Shown piece after piece: positions 24,590 through 36,732 of a DNA stretch of 64,000 nt. Made by a program: the position numbers and the translations under genes. Below the pieces are notes generated by a model. It was given only the letters and a program-made list of their open reading frames with translations, had not been told where the DNA came from and did no database searches. This stretch comes from Malacoraja senta (taxonomy: Eukaryota), in assembly GCA_038087875.1 (NCBI GenBank), contig CM075992.1, positions 11,038,001-11,102,000 on the forward strand, given 5' to 3'. Positions within the stretch are counted from its first letter, which is position 1. Every line of letters starts with the position of its first letter.

Positions 24590-27500
24590 CAATAGACAAC
24601 AGACAATAGACAATAGGTGCAGGAGTAGGCAATTCGGCCCTTCGAGCCAACACCACCATTTAATGTGATCATGGCTGATCATTCCCAATCCCCGTTCCTG
24701 CCTTCTCCCCATATCCCCCGACTACGATATCGTTAAGAGCCCTATCTAGCTCTCTATTGAATGTATCCAGAAAACCGGCCTCCACCACCCTCTGAGGCAG
24801 AGAATTCCACAGACTCACAACTCTCTGTGAGAAAAAGTGTTTCCACATCTCCATTCAAATGGCTTACCCTTATTCTGAAACTGTGGCCCCTGGTTCTGGA
24901 CTCCCCCAACATCGGGAACATGTTTCCTGCATCTAGCGTGTCCAAACCCTTAATAATCTTATATGTTTCAATAAGATATCCTCTCATTCTTCTAAACTCC
25001 AGAGTATACAAGCGCAGCCGGTCCATTCTCTCAGCATATGACAGTCCCGCCATCCCGTGAATTAACCTTGTAAACCTATGCTGCACTCCCTCAATAGCAA
25101 GAATGTCCTTCCTCAAATTAGAGGTCCAAAACTGCACACAATACTCCAAGTGTGATCTCACTAGGGCACTAAACAACTGCAGAAGGACATCTTTGCACCT
25201 ATATTCAACTTCTCTTGTTATAAAGGCCAACATGCCATTCGCTTTCTTCATTGACTGCTGTACCTGCATGCTTACTTTCATTGACAGATGAACAAGGACC
25301 CTCAGATCCTTTTGTAATTCCCCTTTTCCCAACTTGACACCATTTAGATAGTAATCTGCCTTCCTGTTTTTGCTACCAAAGTGGATAACCTCACATTTAT
25401 CCACATTAAACTGCATCTGCCATGCATCTGCCCACCCACTCAACCTGTCCAAGTCACCCTGCATTCTCATAGCATCCTCCTCACAGTTCACACTGCCACC
25501 CAGCTATGTGTCATCTGCAAATTTGCTAAAGTTACTTTGAATCCCTTCATCTACATCATTGATGTATATTGTAAATAGCTGCAGTCCCAGCACCAAGCCT
25601 TGCGGCACCCCACTAGTCACTGCCTGCCATTCTGAAAGGGACCTGTTAATCCATACTCTTTGTTTCCTGTCTGCCAACCAGTTTTCTATCAATGTCAGCA
25701 CTCTACACCGAATACCATGTGCCCTAATTTTGCCCACTAATCTCCTATGTGGGACCTTATCATATGCTTTCTGAAAGTCCAGATACACTTCATCCACTGG
25801 CTCTCCCTTGTGCATTTTCCTAGTTACATTCTCAAAAAATTCCAGAAGATTAGTTAAGCATGATTTCCCCTTCGTAAATCCATGCTGACTCGGACCGATC
25901 CTATTACTGCGATCCAAATGTGCCGCTATTTCATCTTTTATAATTGACTCCAGCATCTTACCCACCACCGATGTCAGGCTAACTGGTCTATAATTCCCTG
26001 TTTTCTCTCTCCCGCCTTTCTTAAAAAGTGGGATAACATTAGCTACCCTCCAATCCACAGGAACTGATCCCGAGTCTATAGAACATCGGAAAATTATCAC
26101 CAATGCATCCACGATTTCTAGAGCCACTTCCTTAAGTAATAATAATAATAATACATTTTATTTATGGGCGTCTTTCAAAAGTCTCAAGGACACCTTACAA
26201 AGTTTAACAAATAGTGTAGAATCATGTAAGCGGAATGAAATAAATAGTAAAGACATCACCAGTACACAAATTAAAGATAGAATTAAATCCAAAAACAAAA
26301 ATCAAAAACACAATATGGAAGAGAGAGCAGCGGCTGCTAAAGCGCGCCAGCGTCCACTTTCCCTTCCGACCGCCATCTTGGACATAGACTAACATAGACA
26401 CTACACATTACACACAAAATCATCCCTCCCACAATGATCACCACTGTGGGGGAAGGCACAATGTCCAGTCCCCAACCCCAGTTCACCCAAAGTCAGGCCT
26501 ATTGAGGCCTCCACAGTTGCCTCTACGGAGGCCCGATGTTCCTGGCCGTTCTCACCGGGTGCAGTTGTCCCGGCGTCGGGAGAGTCCTCACAGCGGCTGG
26601 GATGGCTGGAACGGCCGATTTTCAGTCCGTGGCACCTGAAGCCGACAAGGCCGCGCTGATTTGGAGCTCAAAGGCTCACGATGTTGGAGTCCGCGCCGCC
26701 GCCCGCGGCTGGTCGCTCCGCAGTCCCACAGCCCGGAGGTGTGGAGCTCGGCGGTCGCAGCTCACCGGAGCTCCAGCGCGACGATCCAGCGCGGCGACCC
26801 AGGCAAGGCATTGCCCGCTCCGCTCCGTGATAGCACTCCAGCGCTGTGCCGCCACCGGAGCTGAAGGTGCTGGGCAGTCCCCGCCAGGAAAACGCCGCTC
26901 CACGCCCGCTGGTAGGCCGCAAGGACGGGTCGACGGGGCAGCCCGGAGAAAAAGCTGCCTCACCGACCAGGTAGGGACCTAGAAATAGTTTTCCCCTTAC
27001 CCCCCCACATTAAAAGCCAAAATTCCCCAACAGACAAAGAAATAAAAAAACTAAAAACGAAGAAAAAAAGTGAATTTAACACACGGCTGCTGGTTAGCAG
27101 CCATTCCCCAAGATGGCTCCTCCTCCTCTGCATCAAAGTACCCTGGGATGCAGACCATCAGGCCCTGGGGATTTATCAGCCTTCAGTCCCATCAGTATAT
27201 TCAACACCATTTCCTGCCTAATGTGGATTTCCTTCAGTTCCTCTGTCACCCCAGATCCTCTGGCCACTAGCATATCAGGAAGATTGTTTGTGTCCCCCTT
27301 AGTGAAGACAGATCCAAAGTACCAGTTCATCTGCCATTTCCTTGTTCCCCATAATAAATTCACCTTTTTCGATCTTCAAGGGTCCAACTTTGGTTTTAAC
27401 TAATTTTTTCCTCTTCACATACCTCAAGAAGCTTTTACTATCCTGCTTTATATTCATGGCTAGCTTACCTTCGTACCTCATCTTTTCTCCCCGTATTGTC

Positions 27501-29885
27501 TTTTTGTTTATCTTCTGTTGTTCTTTAAACATTACCCAATCCTCTTGCTTCCCGCTCACCTTTGCTACGTTGTACTTTTTCGCTTTAATTTTTATACTGT
27601 CCCTTACGTCCCTTGTCAGCCATGGTCGTCCCTTTCTCCCCTTAGAATCTTTCTTCCTCCTAGGAATGAACTGATCCTGCACCTTCTGTATTATTCCTAA
27701 AAACACCTGCCATTTTTGTTCCACTGTCATCCCTGCTAGTGTATCTTTCCAGTCAACTTTGGCCAGCTCCTCCCTCATGGCCCCATAGCCCCCTTTATTC
27801 AACTGCAACACTGATACCTCCAATCTACTCTTCTCCCTCTCCAATTGTAGATTAAACCTGACCATGTTATGGTCACTGCCTCCTAATGGCTCATTAACCT
27901 CGAGGTCCTTTATCAAATCCGGTTCATTACTTAACACTAAATCCAGAATTGCCTTCTCCCTGGTAGGCTCCAATACAAGCTGTTCAAAGAATCCATCACT
28001 AAGGGACTCTACAAATTCCCTTCCTTGGTGTCCAGTACTAACCTGATTTTCCCAGTCTACCTGCATGTTGAAATCTCCCATAACAACCACAGCATTATTT
28101 TATTACAAGCCAATTTTAACTCCTGATTCAACTTGCGCCCCATGTCCAGGCTCCTGTTTGGGGGCCTGTAGATTAGTCCCATTAGGGTATTTTTACCCTT
28201 ACAGTTCCTTAGTTCTATCCATACTGACTCAACATCTCCTGCTTCAATGTCACCCCTTGCAAGGGACTGAATTTCATTCCTCACCAACAGGGCAACCCCA
28301 CCCCCTCTGCCCACCTTTCTGTCTTTTTGATAGGAGGTATACCCTTGAATATTCAGTTCCCAGCCCTGGCCCTCTTGCAGCCATGTCTCAGTAATTCCCA
28401 CAACATCATACTTGCCAGTTTCTAACTGAGCTTCAAGCTCGTCCACTTTATTCCTTATACTTCGTGCATTCATATACAGCACTTTGACCTCCGTATTCAC
28501 TTCCCCCCTCGCAATTGGCCCTGACCTTACTCTGTTGTCCATTCTCAAGCTTTCCTTCCCATTAATTCGAGAATCTTTTCTAATTTTTCCTGTCGCCACT
28601 TCCCCTTCAACTTCATCTTTATACTCCCAATTTGTCAATCCCTCCTCCCCACTATTTAGTTTAAACCCGCACGTGCAGCCCTAGCAAACCTGCCTGCCAG
28701 AATGTCGGTCCCCCTCCAGTTAAGGTGTAACCAGTCCCTTTTGTACAGGTCACCCCTACCCCAGAAGAGATCCCAGTGGTCTATAAATCTAAATCCTTGC
28801 TCCCTGCTCCAGCCCCTCAGCCACTCATTCAGATCCCCTATCTCCCTGTTCCTGTCCTCACTAGCACGAGGTACTGGAAGCAATCCAGAGATAACCACCC
28901 TAGAAGTCCGGCATTTCAGACTTCTTCCCAAATCTCTGAAGTCATGTTGGAGAACCTCCTTCCACTTCTTCCCAATGTCGTTTGTGCCTACGTGCACAAC
29001 TACTGCCGGCTGTTCACCTTCTCTCTCTCTCTCGAGGATGTTCATAATTTGGCTCGTGACATCCTGAACCCTGGCACCAGGGAGGCAACAGACCATCCTC
29101 GCATCTCGTCTGTCGCCACAGAATCTCCTGTCCATTCCTCGGACAATGGAGTCACCCACCACTAGGGCTCTGCCCGACGTCGGTCTCGCCGATCGAGTCC
29201 CATCTTCAGGATTGGAGCCACCGACGTGTCCACCGCTCGGACTGGAAACATCGTCTCCCTGGACAGTTCCCAAGAGGGATTACCTGTTATCATTAGGCAC
29301 AACCACCCGAGTCTTCTGCACTCCATGATTTCCACACTTTCTCTCCGTCACACACCTTGGTTCTTCCCGTAACCTCGGCGTGACTACCTCACTGTATGTC
29401 CTGTCCAGGAAACTCTCGTTTTCCCGGCTGGCCCTGAGGTCATCCATCTGCTTCTCCAGTGCCCCAACACGGTCCTTTAGGAGCTGAAGCTGGAAGAACT
29501 TGCCACAGTTGTAGCAGCCAGAGGCTCCATCTGTGTCCCTGGGCTCCCATATTCTGCAAGACTCACACTGTCTCATCTGCCCCGACATGTGTTCACCGCG
29601 TTCCATCCTCTCCAGCTTTATGCGTAGCCTCCTCTCCTCAGCCTCCTCGCCAAAGACCCTCGAGCCAAAGATGCACACTTTTCTCACAAGGCACGTCCCT
29701 CACAAGGCCGCTCCCTAAGAGCCGCCTAGCTTATATTGACTGATAAATTGCCTAATTTACCAATTTACAAACCAAATTCCTCAGTTTTAAACAGTTTTCC
29801 TCCTCTGACTCACTTCTAACTCTCCTCCCACTCGGGCCAGAGCCAATCAGTGCTTTTTCCTGCTTCTCTTTGCTGCTGTTCCTTC
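24590..29885 (-). mobile_element. Near full-length CR1 LINE of unit 3 (interrupted at 26139-27135; ORF1 has a stop)
   Basis: Colinear with the unit 2 CR1; RT ORFs 24754-26127, APE 27299-28638, ORF1 28656-29687 split in two. Confidence 0.95.
26139..27135 (-). mobile_element. GC-rich non-coding retroposon with (ATT)n, L2-like tail, inserted in the unit 3 CR1
   Basis: Absent from the other units; TSD AAGTA (26134-26138, 27136-27140); microsatellite tail and AATAAA on the minus strand. Confidence 0.85.
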
Positions 29886-31072
29886 AAAATCCACAGGGGT
29901 CAATCAGCCCCTTCCCCACTTGTATCTACATATCACTTGCCAGGCTTTGTCCTGCCCCGACTTCTCTTCCAGCTTTCTCTCCCCCCCCACTCGCCTCCAA
30001 CGACAACCAGAAATGTCAACTGTACCTGTTCTCCAGTGATGCTGCCTGGTCTGCTAAGTTACTCTAGCACTTTGAGTCTTTTTCTATAAGCCAGTATCTG
30101 CAGTTCCTGAATGGCGGATGGTACGGATGGTTCAACGGGTATCCATGACGCCAAGATGGGGAAAGCTGAGGCAAGGTCAGGGTACCTCACTCTGCCTCAA
30201 GTTTCCCAGTCTCCCCACCTTCAATCACCAGGTGTCTCTACCCTATCAAGGGAAGACTGCTCATTCCGGAATCGCATTGCCTCAAGAGCCAGTGTATCAG
30301 CGATGGAAGCTTGGACAGAGCTAATCGCCCTTACTTTCAGATCGCACCAAAGCCTTTGGTTGTGAAATGTCCAAGAAAATTGTTCTATTTCTCTTGTAAT
30401 GAATATTCGAATGAGAGTGAAACATGAGGTAGTCTAGGAGGCACGAGAGATCACAGATGCTGGGATCTGGCACAAAAAGTTAGAGTGGTCACTGGGTCAG
30501 GCAGCATCTCTGGTGGAAAATGGACAGGTTCTGACCTTCATGTGGGCAGAAAGAATAGAAGGGAGATAACCACTGCAAAGAGTGGGGGAGGGATTGGGGC
30601 AAGTGTGGCAAGTTATAGGTGGATACAGATGAGGAAGGGTTAATTAGCAGATGGAGTGAGGTGGGGCAGGGAAGGGTGGAGATAGAGACAGGGACCGGGA
30701 GGTGATGTGGAAACAAGAAAAGGCTGCGGATTCTGGAATTTGATAGGAAAGCAAGGTGAAGAGTGAATCAATATGGGAAGAGTAGTGGGGGATGGGAACA
30801 ACGGAGGGGGGAGGGGGTCCACTGGGAGGGATGTGTGGTGATGGCCAGGTGGGGTAGGTGGGGGGAGGAGTGAGGGGTATTGTGAGAAGCAGCGGTAGGC
30901 AAGACTCCTTGTAATGAAATAACACACTTCACATAAAGCAGAAAGAATCTAAGTTTGCTGATGTAGATGTGGGAGTAACAGAGGAGCAGAGAGGCAGCGG
31001 CTTTGTCCGTTTAGGCCTGGGCTGAGGAAAGGTCCCTTTGCTGAGAAGGCTGTGAGTCTTCCTGTTCCTCCT

Positions 31073-31149
31073 GCTGCTACTGTACATGTAAGGCAGGATA
31101 TTTCCACCTGAGCAAACAACGTAACTTCACAGACAACAGAACTGCAAAG
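31073..31149 (+). pseudogene. Dead fourth EGF exon copy (3' half only)
   Basis: Alignment to copies 1-3 shows ~275 bp deleted (upstream intron, splice acceptor and first half of the exon) plus a 1-nt deletion near the end (aacagaactgcaaag vs aacagagactgcaaag). Confidence 0.85.
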
Positions 31150-31291
31150 GTGGGCGGTGACACTCATATTTTTGTATTTAATACTTTACTGTTTTGCCTC
31201 AATGGGGAGCTTGTGCTTTGAACTTGGCATGAATGGGAAGAGGCAAGGCCATAGCAGCTGGTTTCAGTTACATAGAGGAGTATTGGAAAAT

Positions 31292-33110
31292 CAATAGACA
31301 ACAGACAATAGACAATAGGTGCAGGAGTAGGCCATTCGGCCCTTCGAGCCAACACCACCATTTAATGTGATCATGGCTGATCATCCCCAATCAAATTGAT
31401 CCACATTAAACTGCATCTGCCATGCATCTGCCCACACACTGAACCTGTCCAAGTCACCCTGCATTCTCATAGCATCCTCCTCACAGTTCCCACTGCCACC
31501 CAGCTTTGTGTCATCTGCAAATTTGCTAATGTTACTTTGAATCCCTTCATCTAAATCATTGATGTATATTGTAAATAGCTGCGGACCCAGCATCGAGCCT
31601 TGCGGCACCCCACTAGTCACTGCCTGCCATTCTGGAAGGGACCCGTTAATCCCTACTCTTTGTTTCCTGTCTGCCAACCAATTTTCTATCTATGTCAGAA
31701 CTTTACGCCCAATACCATGTGCCCTAATTTTGCCCACTACTCTCCTATGTCAGACCTTATCAAATGTTTTCTGAAAGTCCAGGTACACTTCATCCACTGG
31801 CTCTCCCTTGTCCATTTTCCTAGATACATCCTAAAAAAATGGCAGAAAATTAGTCAAGCATGATTTCCCCTTCGTAAATCCATGCTGACTCGGACCGATC
31901 CTGTTACTGCTATCAAAATGTGCCGCTATTTCATCTTTTATAATTGACTCCAGCATCTTACCCACCACCGATTTCAGGCTAACTGGTCTATAATTCCCTG
32001 TTTTCTCTCTCCCGCCTTTCTTAAAAAGTGGGATAACATTAGCTATCCTCTTATCCATAGGAACTGATCCTGAATCTATAAAACTGTGGAAAATTATCAC
32101 CAATGCATCCACGATTTCTAGAGCCACTTTCTTAAGTACCCTGGGATGCAGACCAGCAGGCCCCTGGGGATTTATCAGCCTTCAGTCCCATCAGCCTATC
32201 CAACACCATTTCCTGCCTAATGTGGATTTCCTTCAGTTCCTCTGTCACCCCAGATCCTCTGGCCACTAGTATATCAGGAAAATGTTTGTGTCCTCCTTAG
32301 TGAATACGGATCCAAAGTGCCTGTTCAACTCATCTGCCCTTTCCTTGTTCCCCATAATAAATTCACCTTTTTCAGTCTTCAAGGGTCCAACTTTGGTCTT
32401 AACTAATTTCTTCCTCTTTACATACCTAAAGAAGCTTTTACTATCCTTCTATATATTCTTGGCTAGCTTACCTTCGTACCTCATCTTTTCTCCCCGTATT
32501 GCCTTTTCAGATCTCTTCTGTTGCTCTTTAGACATTACCCAATCCTCTTGCTTCCCGGTCATCTATGCTACGTTGCTACTCTTTTATTTTTATACTGACC
32601 CTGACGTCCCTGGTCATCCACATTCGCCGCATACTGCCCTTGGAATGAACTGATCCTGCACCGTCTGTATTATTCCCAGAAATACCTGCCATTGTTGTTC
32701 CAATGCCATCCCTTCTAGGGTATTTTTCCAGTCAATTTGGCTAGCTTCTCCCTCATGGCTCCATAGCCCCCTTTATTCAACTGTAAAACCGACTCCTCCG
32801 ATTTACCCTTCTCCCTCTCCAATTGTAGATTAAATTTGACCATATTATGGTCACTATCTCCTAATGGCTCCTTAACCTCATGGCTTACTTATCCTCAAGT
32901 TCCGTTTCATTACATAACACTAAATCCAGAATTGCCTTCTCCCTGGTAGGCTCCAATACAAGCTGCTCGAAGAATCCATCACGGAGGCACTCCACAAACT
33001 CCCTTTCTTGGGGTCCAGATTTTCCCAGTCTACCTATATGTTGAAATCTCCCATAACAACTGTAGCATTACCTTTACTACATGCCAATTTTAACTCCTGA
33101 TTCAACTTGT
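31292..33110 (-). mobile_element. CR1 LINE of unit 4 (internal deletion near 31392, 5' part missing)
   Basis: Same tail and insertion point as in the other units; jumps from the 3' UTR to the RT; ends within the APE region. Confidence 0.9.
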
Positions 33111-36100
33111 AATCTCCCACCTCTCCTTACAGTGCTGCCGTATATCAATTCCATTCCCCCATCTTTTACCTACAAGATGATCCCAATTCAAAAGCTTAGA
33201 TGACTCGGGTTGTCCTCACATTCTTTCTGATATTTGAGCTGTCTACCAGTGTGAAATTAATAAGCTTCCCTCCGTCCACCTTGTTTAATCAGCATGAACT
33301 TTTCTGACATTTTATGGCCTTTGAAAGTCTGTTGACCCTACCTTTCATAACATTGCTTTTACCCAACTGTGCCATGACTTGTGATTGACATCAGTTGCAT
33401 CAAACAAACCAGTCAGACAGGACATTATGGCAGGTTTGTTCCAAAATTGTTCTACAGCCAGCATGGCTTTTTATGTGGGAAATGAATCTGAGTTTTTTCA
33501 TGAAGTCACCAAGAGGATTGATGGGGGTTGGGCAATATTGTCTATATGGACTTTGGAAGGTCTTTGACAAGGTCCCACATGGTAGACTAGTCAGGAATCC
33601 AAGGTGAGCTATCGAATTGGATGTTGTTAGACAGATACTGTACATGGATAGGATGGGTTTGGAGGTATATGGACCAAACGTGGGCAAGTAGGACTAGTGT
33701 AGTAGGGACGTGTTGGCCGGCATGGGCAAGTTGGGCCAAAGGGCATGTTTCCATGCTGTATCACTCTATGACTGTATGACAAAATTGGCTTGGAGGAAGT
33801 AGTCAAAGGGTAGTTGTGATGTGTTGATTTATTTGCTTGTGGACTGTGACCAGTGGAGTGCTGCAGAGAGGGTTTGGTGATGGGTCTATTGTTGTTCCTT
33901 ATCTACATTATCAATATTAATATCATGTAGTTATTGTGGTGAGTAAATATGCAGGTAACTCCAAAATCTGTGGTATACTGTGCAGTGAAGAAATATATAG
34001 TAAGTTTACAAAAGGATCTTGGTCATTTGGGAAAGTGGTCCAAGGAATAGCTAATATAACTTAACTCTGGGACATAAAGATACAAGTCTATGGTGAGACC
34101 ACACTTGCAGTGCTGTGCGCAGTTGTGGTCTGAGCTGCTCAGTTTGTATTTTTCATTCCGTTCAGGGTATTTTTTGTTCGTCCTTTGTGTCCAGCAAAAT
34201 TGGGCATTTTTGGTTATTAACTAAAAATTTCAAACTACTTATTAACCGTTGGTCCCTCAAGGACATCCAGATCACAATAATGTTGACAACTATAATCTGG
34301 GACAGGCTTTGCCTTGATTATTCCTTGATAAAATCTCGACTTTCTTTCATGTTGGTTAAGATATTCACTTATTCTCCCCTTTCTGGCCATGCTTGGATTT
34401 TACTGGCCTTTGACTCAAAAGTTAGTGTCCAACCAAAGCATTCGACAAAATAGCAAGATAGTATTAGCATCTTAACAATCCTGTACAGACCTTACAGCAC
34501 AGAAACAGACCCTTTAGCCCACAATGTGTCTGCGAACACGATACCAAGTTAAACTAATCTCCTCTGACTGCAAGTGATCCATATCCCTCCATTCACAGTG
34601 TATCCAAGTGAATCCCTCTGTGCCACTCATTTGGTAACGTGTGTGACATGTTGGTTCACTTTCCAAAGAATGGCCCAAATCTATATAATTCACCCCCAAA
34701 CCTCCTCGTGAGAATAATCTGAGAATGGAGTAGTGAGAGGTTAAAGATGTCTACAATGCTCCTACTAGCTGGTCTGCACATGTCCTGAGGAGACTGAAGG
34801 AGTCTCTAGCCTCTGTGCGTTCACACTATCTATTCCCCTCATGATTTTATACACCTCTATAAATTCACCATTAGCCTGTGCATTCACTTTATAACTACAG
34901 CCCTCCTTGGGCTGTGCTGGATCTCAAACAATGACTAGATGGAGTACAAGAGTACGAGGCGATGGAGAGCTTAGTAACATGGTGTGAAAGCAACAACCTC
35001 TGCCTCAATGCCAACAAAATGAAGGAGCTTGTCTTTGACTTGAAGAAGTGAGGTGGAGTACACGCCCCAGTCAGCGTCAATGGTGCTGTAGTGGAGATGG
35101 TTGAGAGCTTCAAATTTATTTTGCTACACATCTATCCCAGCCATCTTCTTATTGCTTGCCTCGCTCGACACCACAGTGTCTAATCCAGAGATTACAAGCC
35201 CAGAGATGCTGCTTTTCAATTTACCACCTGACTCCCCAGGAGACCTGGCAGGACCTCATCTGCCTCCCCACCTATGTTGTCGGTACCATTGTGGACTTGG
35301 CTGTTCACCCTTTCTTTCAGAATTTCCTGTGCCCACTCAGACATCCGTGACCGTGGCTCGCAGCCACAGTAACACCCGTCTGTGCCTCTGACTAGAGAGT
35401 CCCGTCTCACTATTGCTCCCCTGGTCCTTGCCCTGCCCTGCTTTACACAGACCCACACACTGGTGCCACTGACATGGCTGCTGCTGCTGCCTCTGAGAGG
35501 CTCTTGTCCCCGACAGGGTTCAGAGCAGCAGACCTGTCTGAGAGGGGGAGAGCCACTAGCTGCAGCCTCTCCTGGCTGAGTTATACATGAGTTTGTGCAA
35601 AGGGCCTGTTCCTATTCTGTGCTACTCTGCAATTCTATAGACCTAATCGGAGGAATTTACATTTGCCAATTAACCTACCAATCCTCATATTTTTGGGATG
35701 TGTGAGTATTACAGCATTAATAGAAGCCCTTCGGCCCAACTTTACTATGCTGATCAAAATGCCCCATCTAGACTAGGGTCAATCTGCCCGTGTCCTTGTA
35801 AACTTTTCCTATCCCGTACTTGTCCAAATGCATTTTAAATGTTATAGGATGTACCTCAATTACCGACACTGGCAGCTTGTTCTTTGACATTCTATCTTTG
35901 TCCCGCCCCCTCGCTTGACATCAGTCTGAAGAAGGGTCTCAACCCAAAACATCGCCCATTCCTTCTCTCCAAAGATGCTGCCTCACCCGCTGAATTACTC
36001 CAGCATTTTCTGTCAACCTTCGATTTATACCAGCATCTGCAGTTCTTTCTTACACACTGGCAGTTTGTTCCATAAATCCACCACCATCTATGTGGAAACA

Positions 36101-36293
36101 ATTGCCCCTAAGGTTCCCTTTAAATCTTCCCTTACTACTTTAAATCTTTAAACCTATTGATTCTGGAATGCCCTATTCTGGGTAAAAGACTCTGTGCATG
36201 CACCCTATCTATTCCCCTCATGATTTTTGCATAAGATCACTCCTCAGCCTACTGTGCTCCAAGAATAAAGAATTAACCTCTCCCTACAGCTCT

Positions 36294-36732
36294 TTTAGTT
36301 TAGTTTAGGCCGCACCAACCAGCGATCCCCACACAGTTACACTAGCCTACACACTAGGGACAATTTGCTCACACACACAAAGCTAATTATCCTACAAATC
36401 TGTACGTCTTTAGAGGGTGGAAGGAAACCAAAGATCTCAGGGAAAACCCACGCAGTCACGAGGAGAACATTCTTCTCCTTTTTCTTGCGTATGGCGTACA
36501 TAGCCTAAAGTTGCAGGACAACTTGTTCTATTAGATCTTATTTGATTGTGCACGCCGGGTTGATTGCATTCATCGAAACAAGGCGGACCACGTGAAGGTT
36601 GCAATCTTCCACCCCAGGGGAGAACATACAAACTCCATACAGACAGCAGCCGTAGTTGGGATTGAACTCGAGTCTCCGGTGCTGCAAGCGCTGTAAGGCA
36701 GCAACTCTACCGCTGCGCCACTGTTGCCACCC
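36294..36732 (-). mobile_element. V-SINE/HE1-like SINE interrupted by a ~147-bp retroposon (36471-36618)
   Basis: SINE head and core rejoin across the insert; TSD GGAGAACAT at 36462-36470 and 36619-36627. Confidence 0.8.

Larger units (their letters stand above)
10027..33110. repeat. Head-to-tail tandem segmental array, 4 units (starts ~10027, 16977, 22940, 29899), each an EGF exon with flanks plus an antisense CR1
   Basis: The same colinear sequence recurs four times from 'gtcaatcagcccc'. The base unit is ~5.96 kb (unit 2); units 1 and 3 carry private insertions and unit 4 is deleted/truncated. Confidence 0.95.

Noticed and set aside
26536..26982. Long GC-rich Ala/Arg/Pro ORFs here and at 55885-56670, 61460-62101 and 43280-43849
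   Set aside because: Open in several frames on both strands because of GC content, not conserved between copies, and inside TSD-flanked retroposons.
10027..33110. Possibility that the array is a false duplication from assembly
   Set aside because: Units differ by many substitutions, indels and private TE insertions with clean empty sites in sister units.
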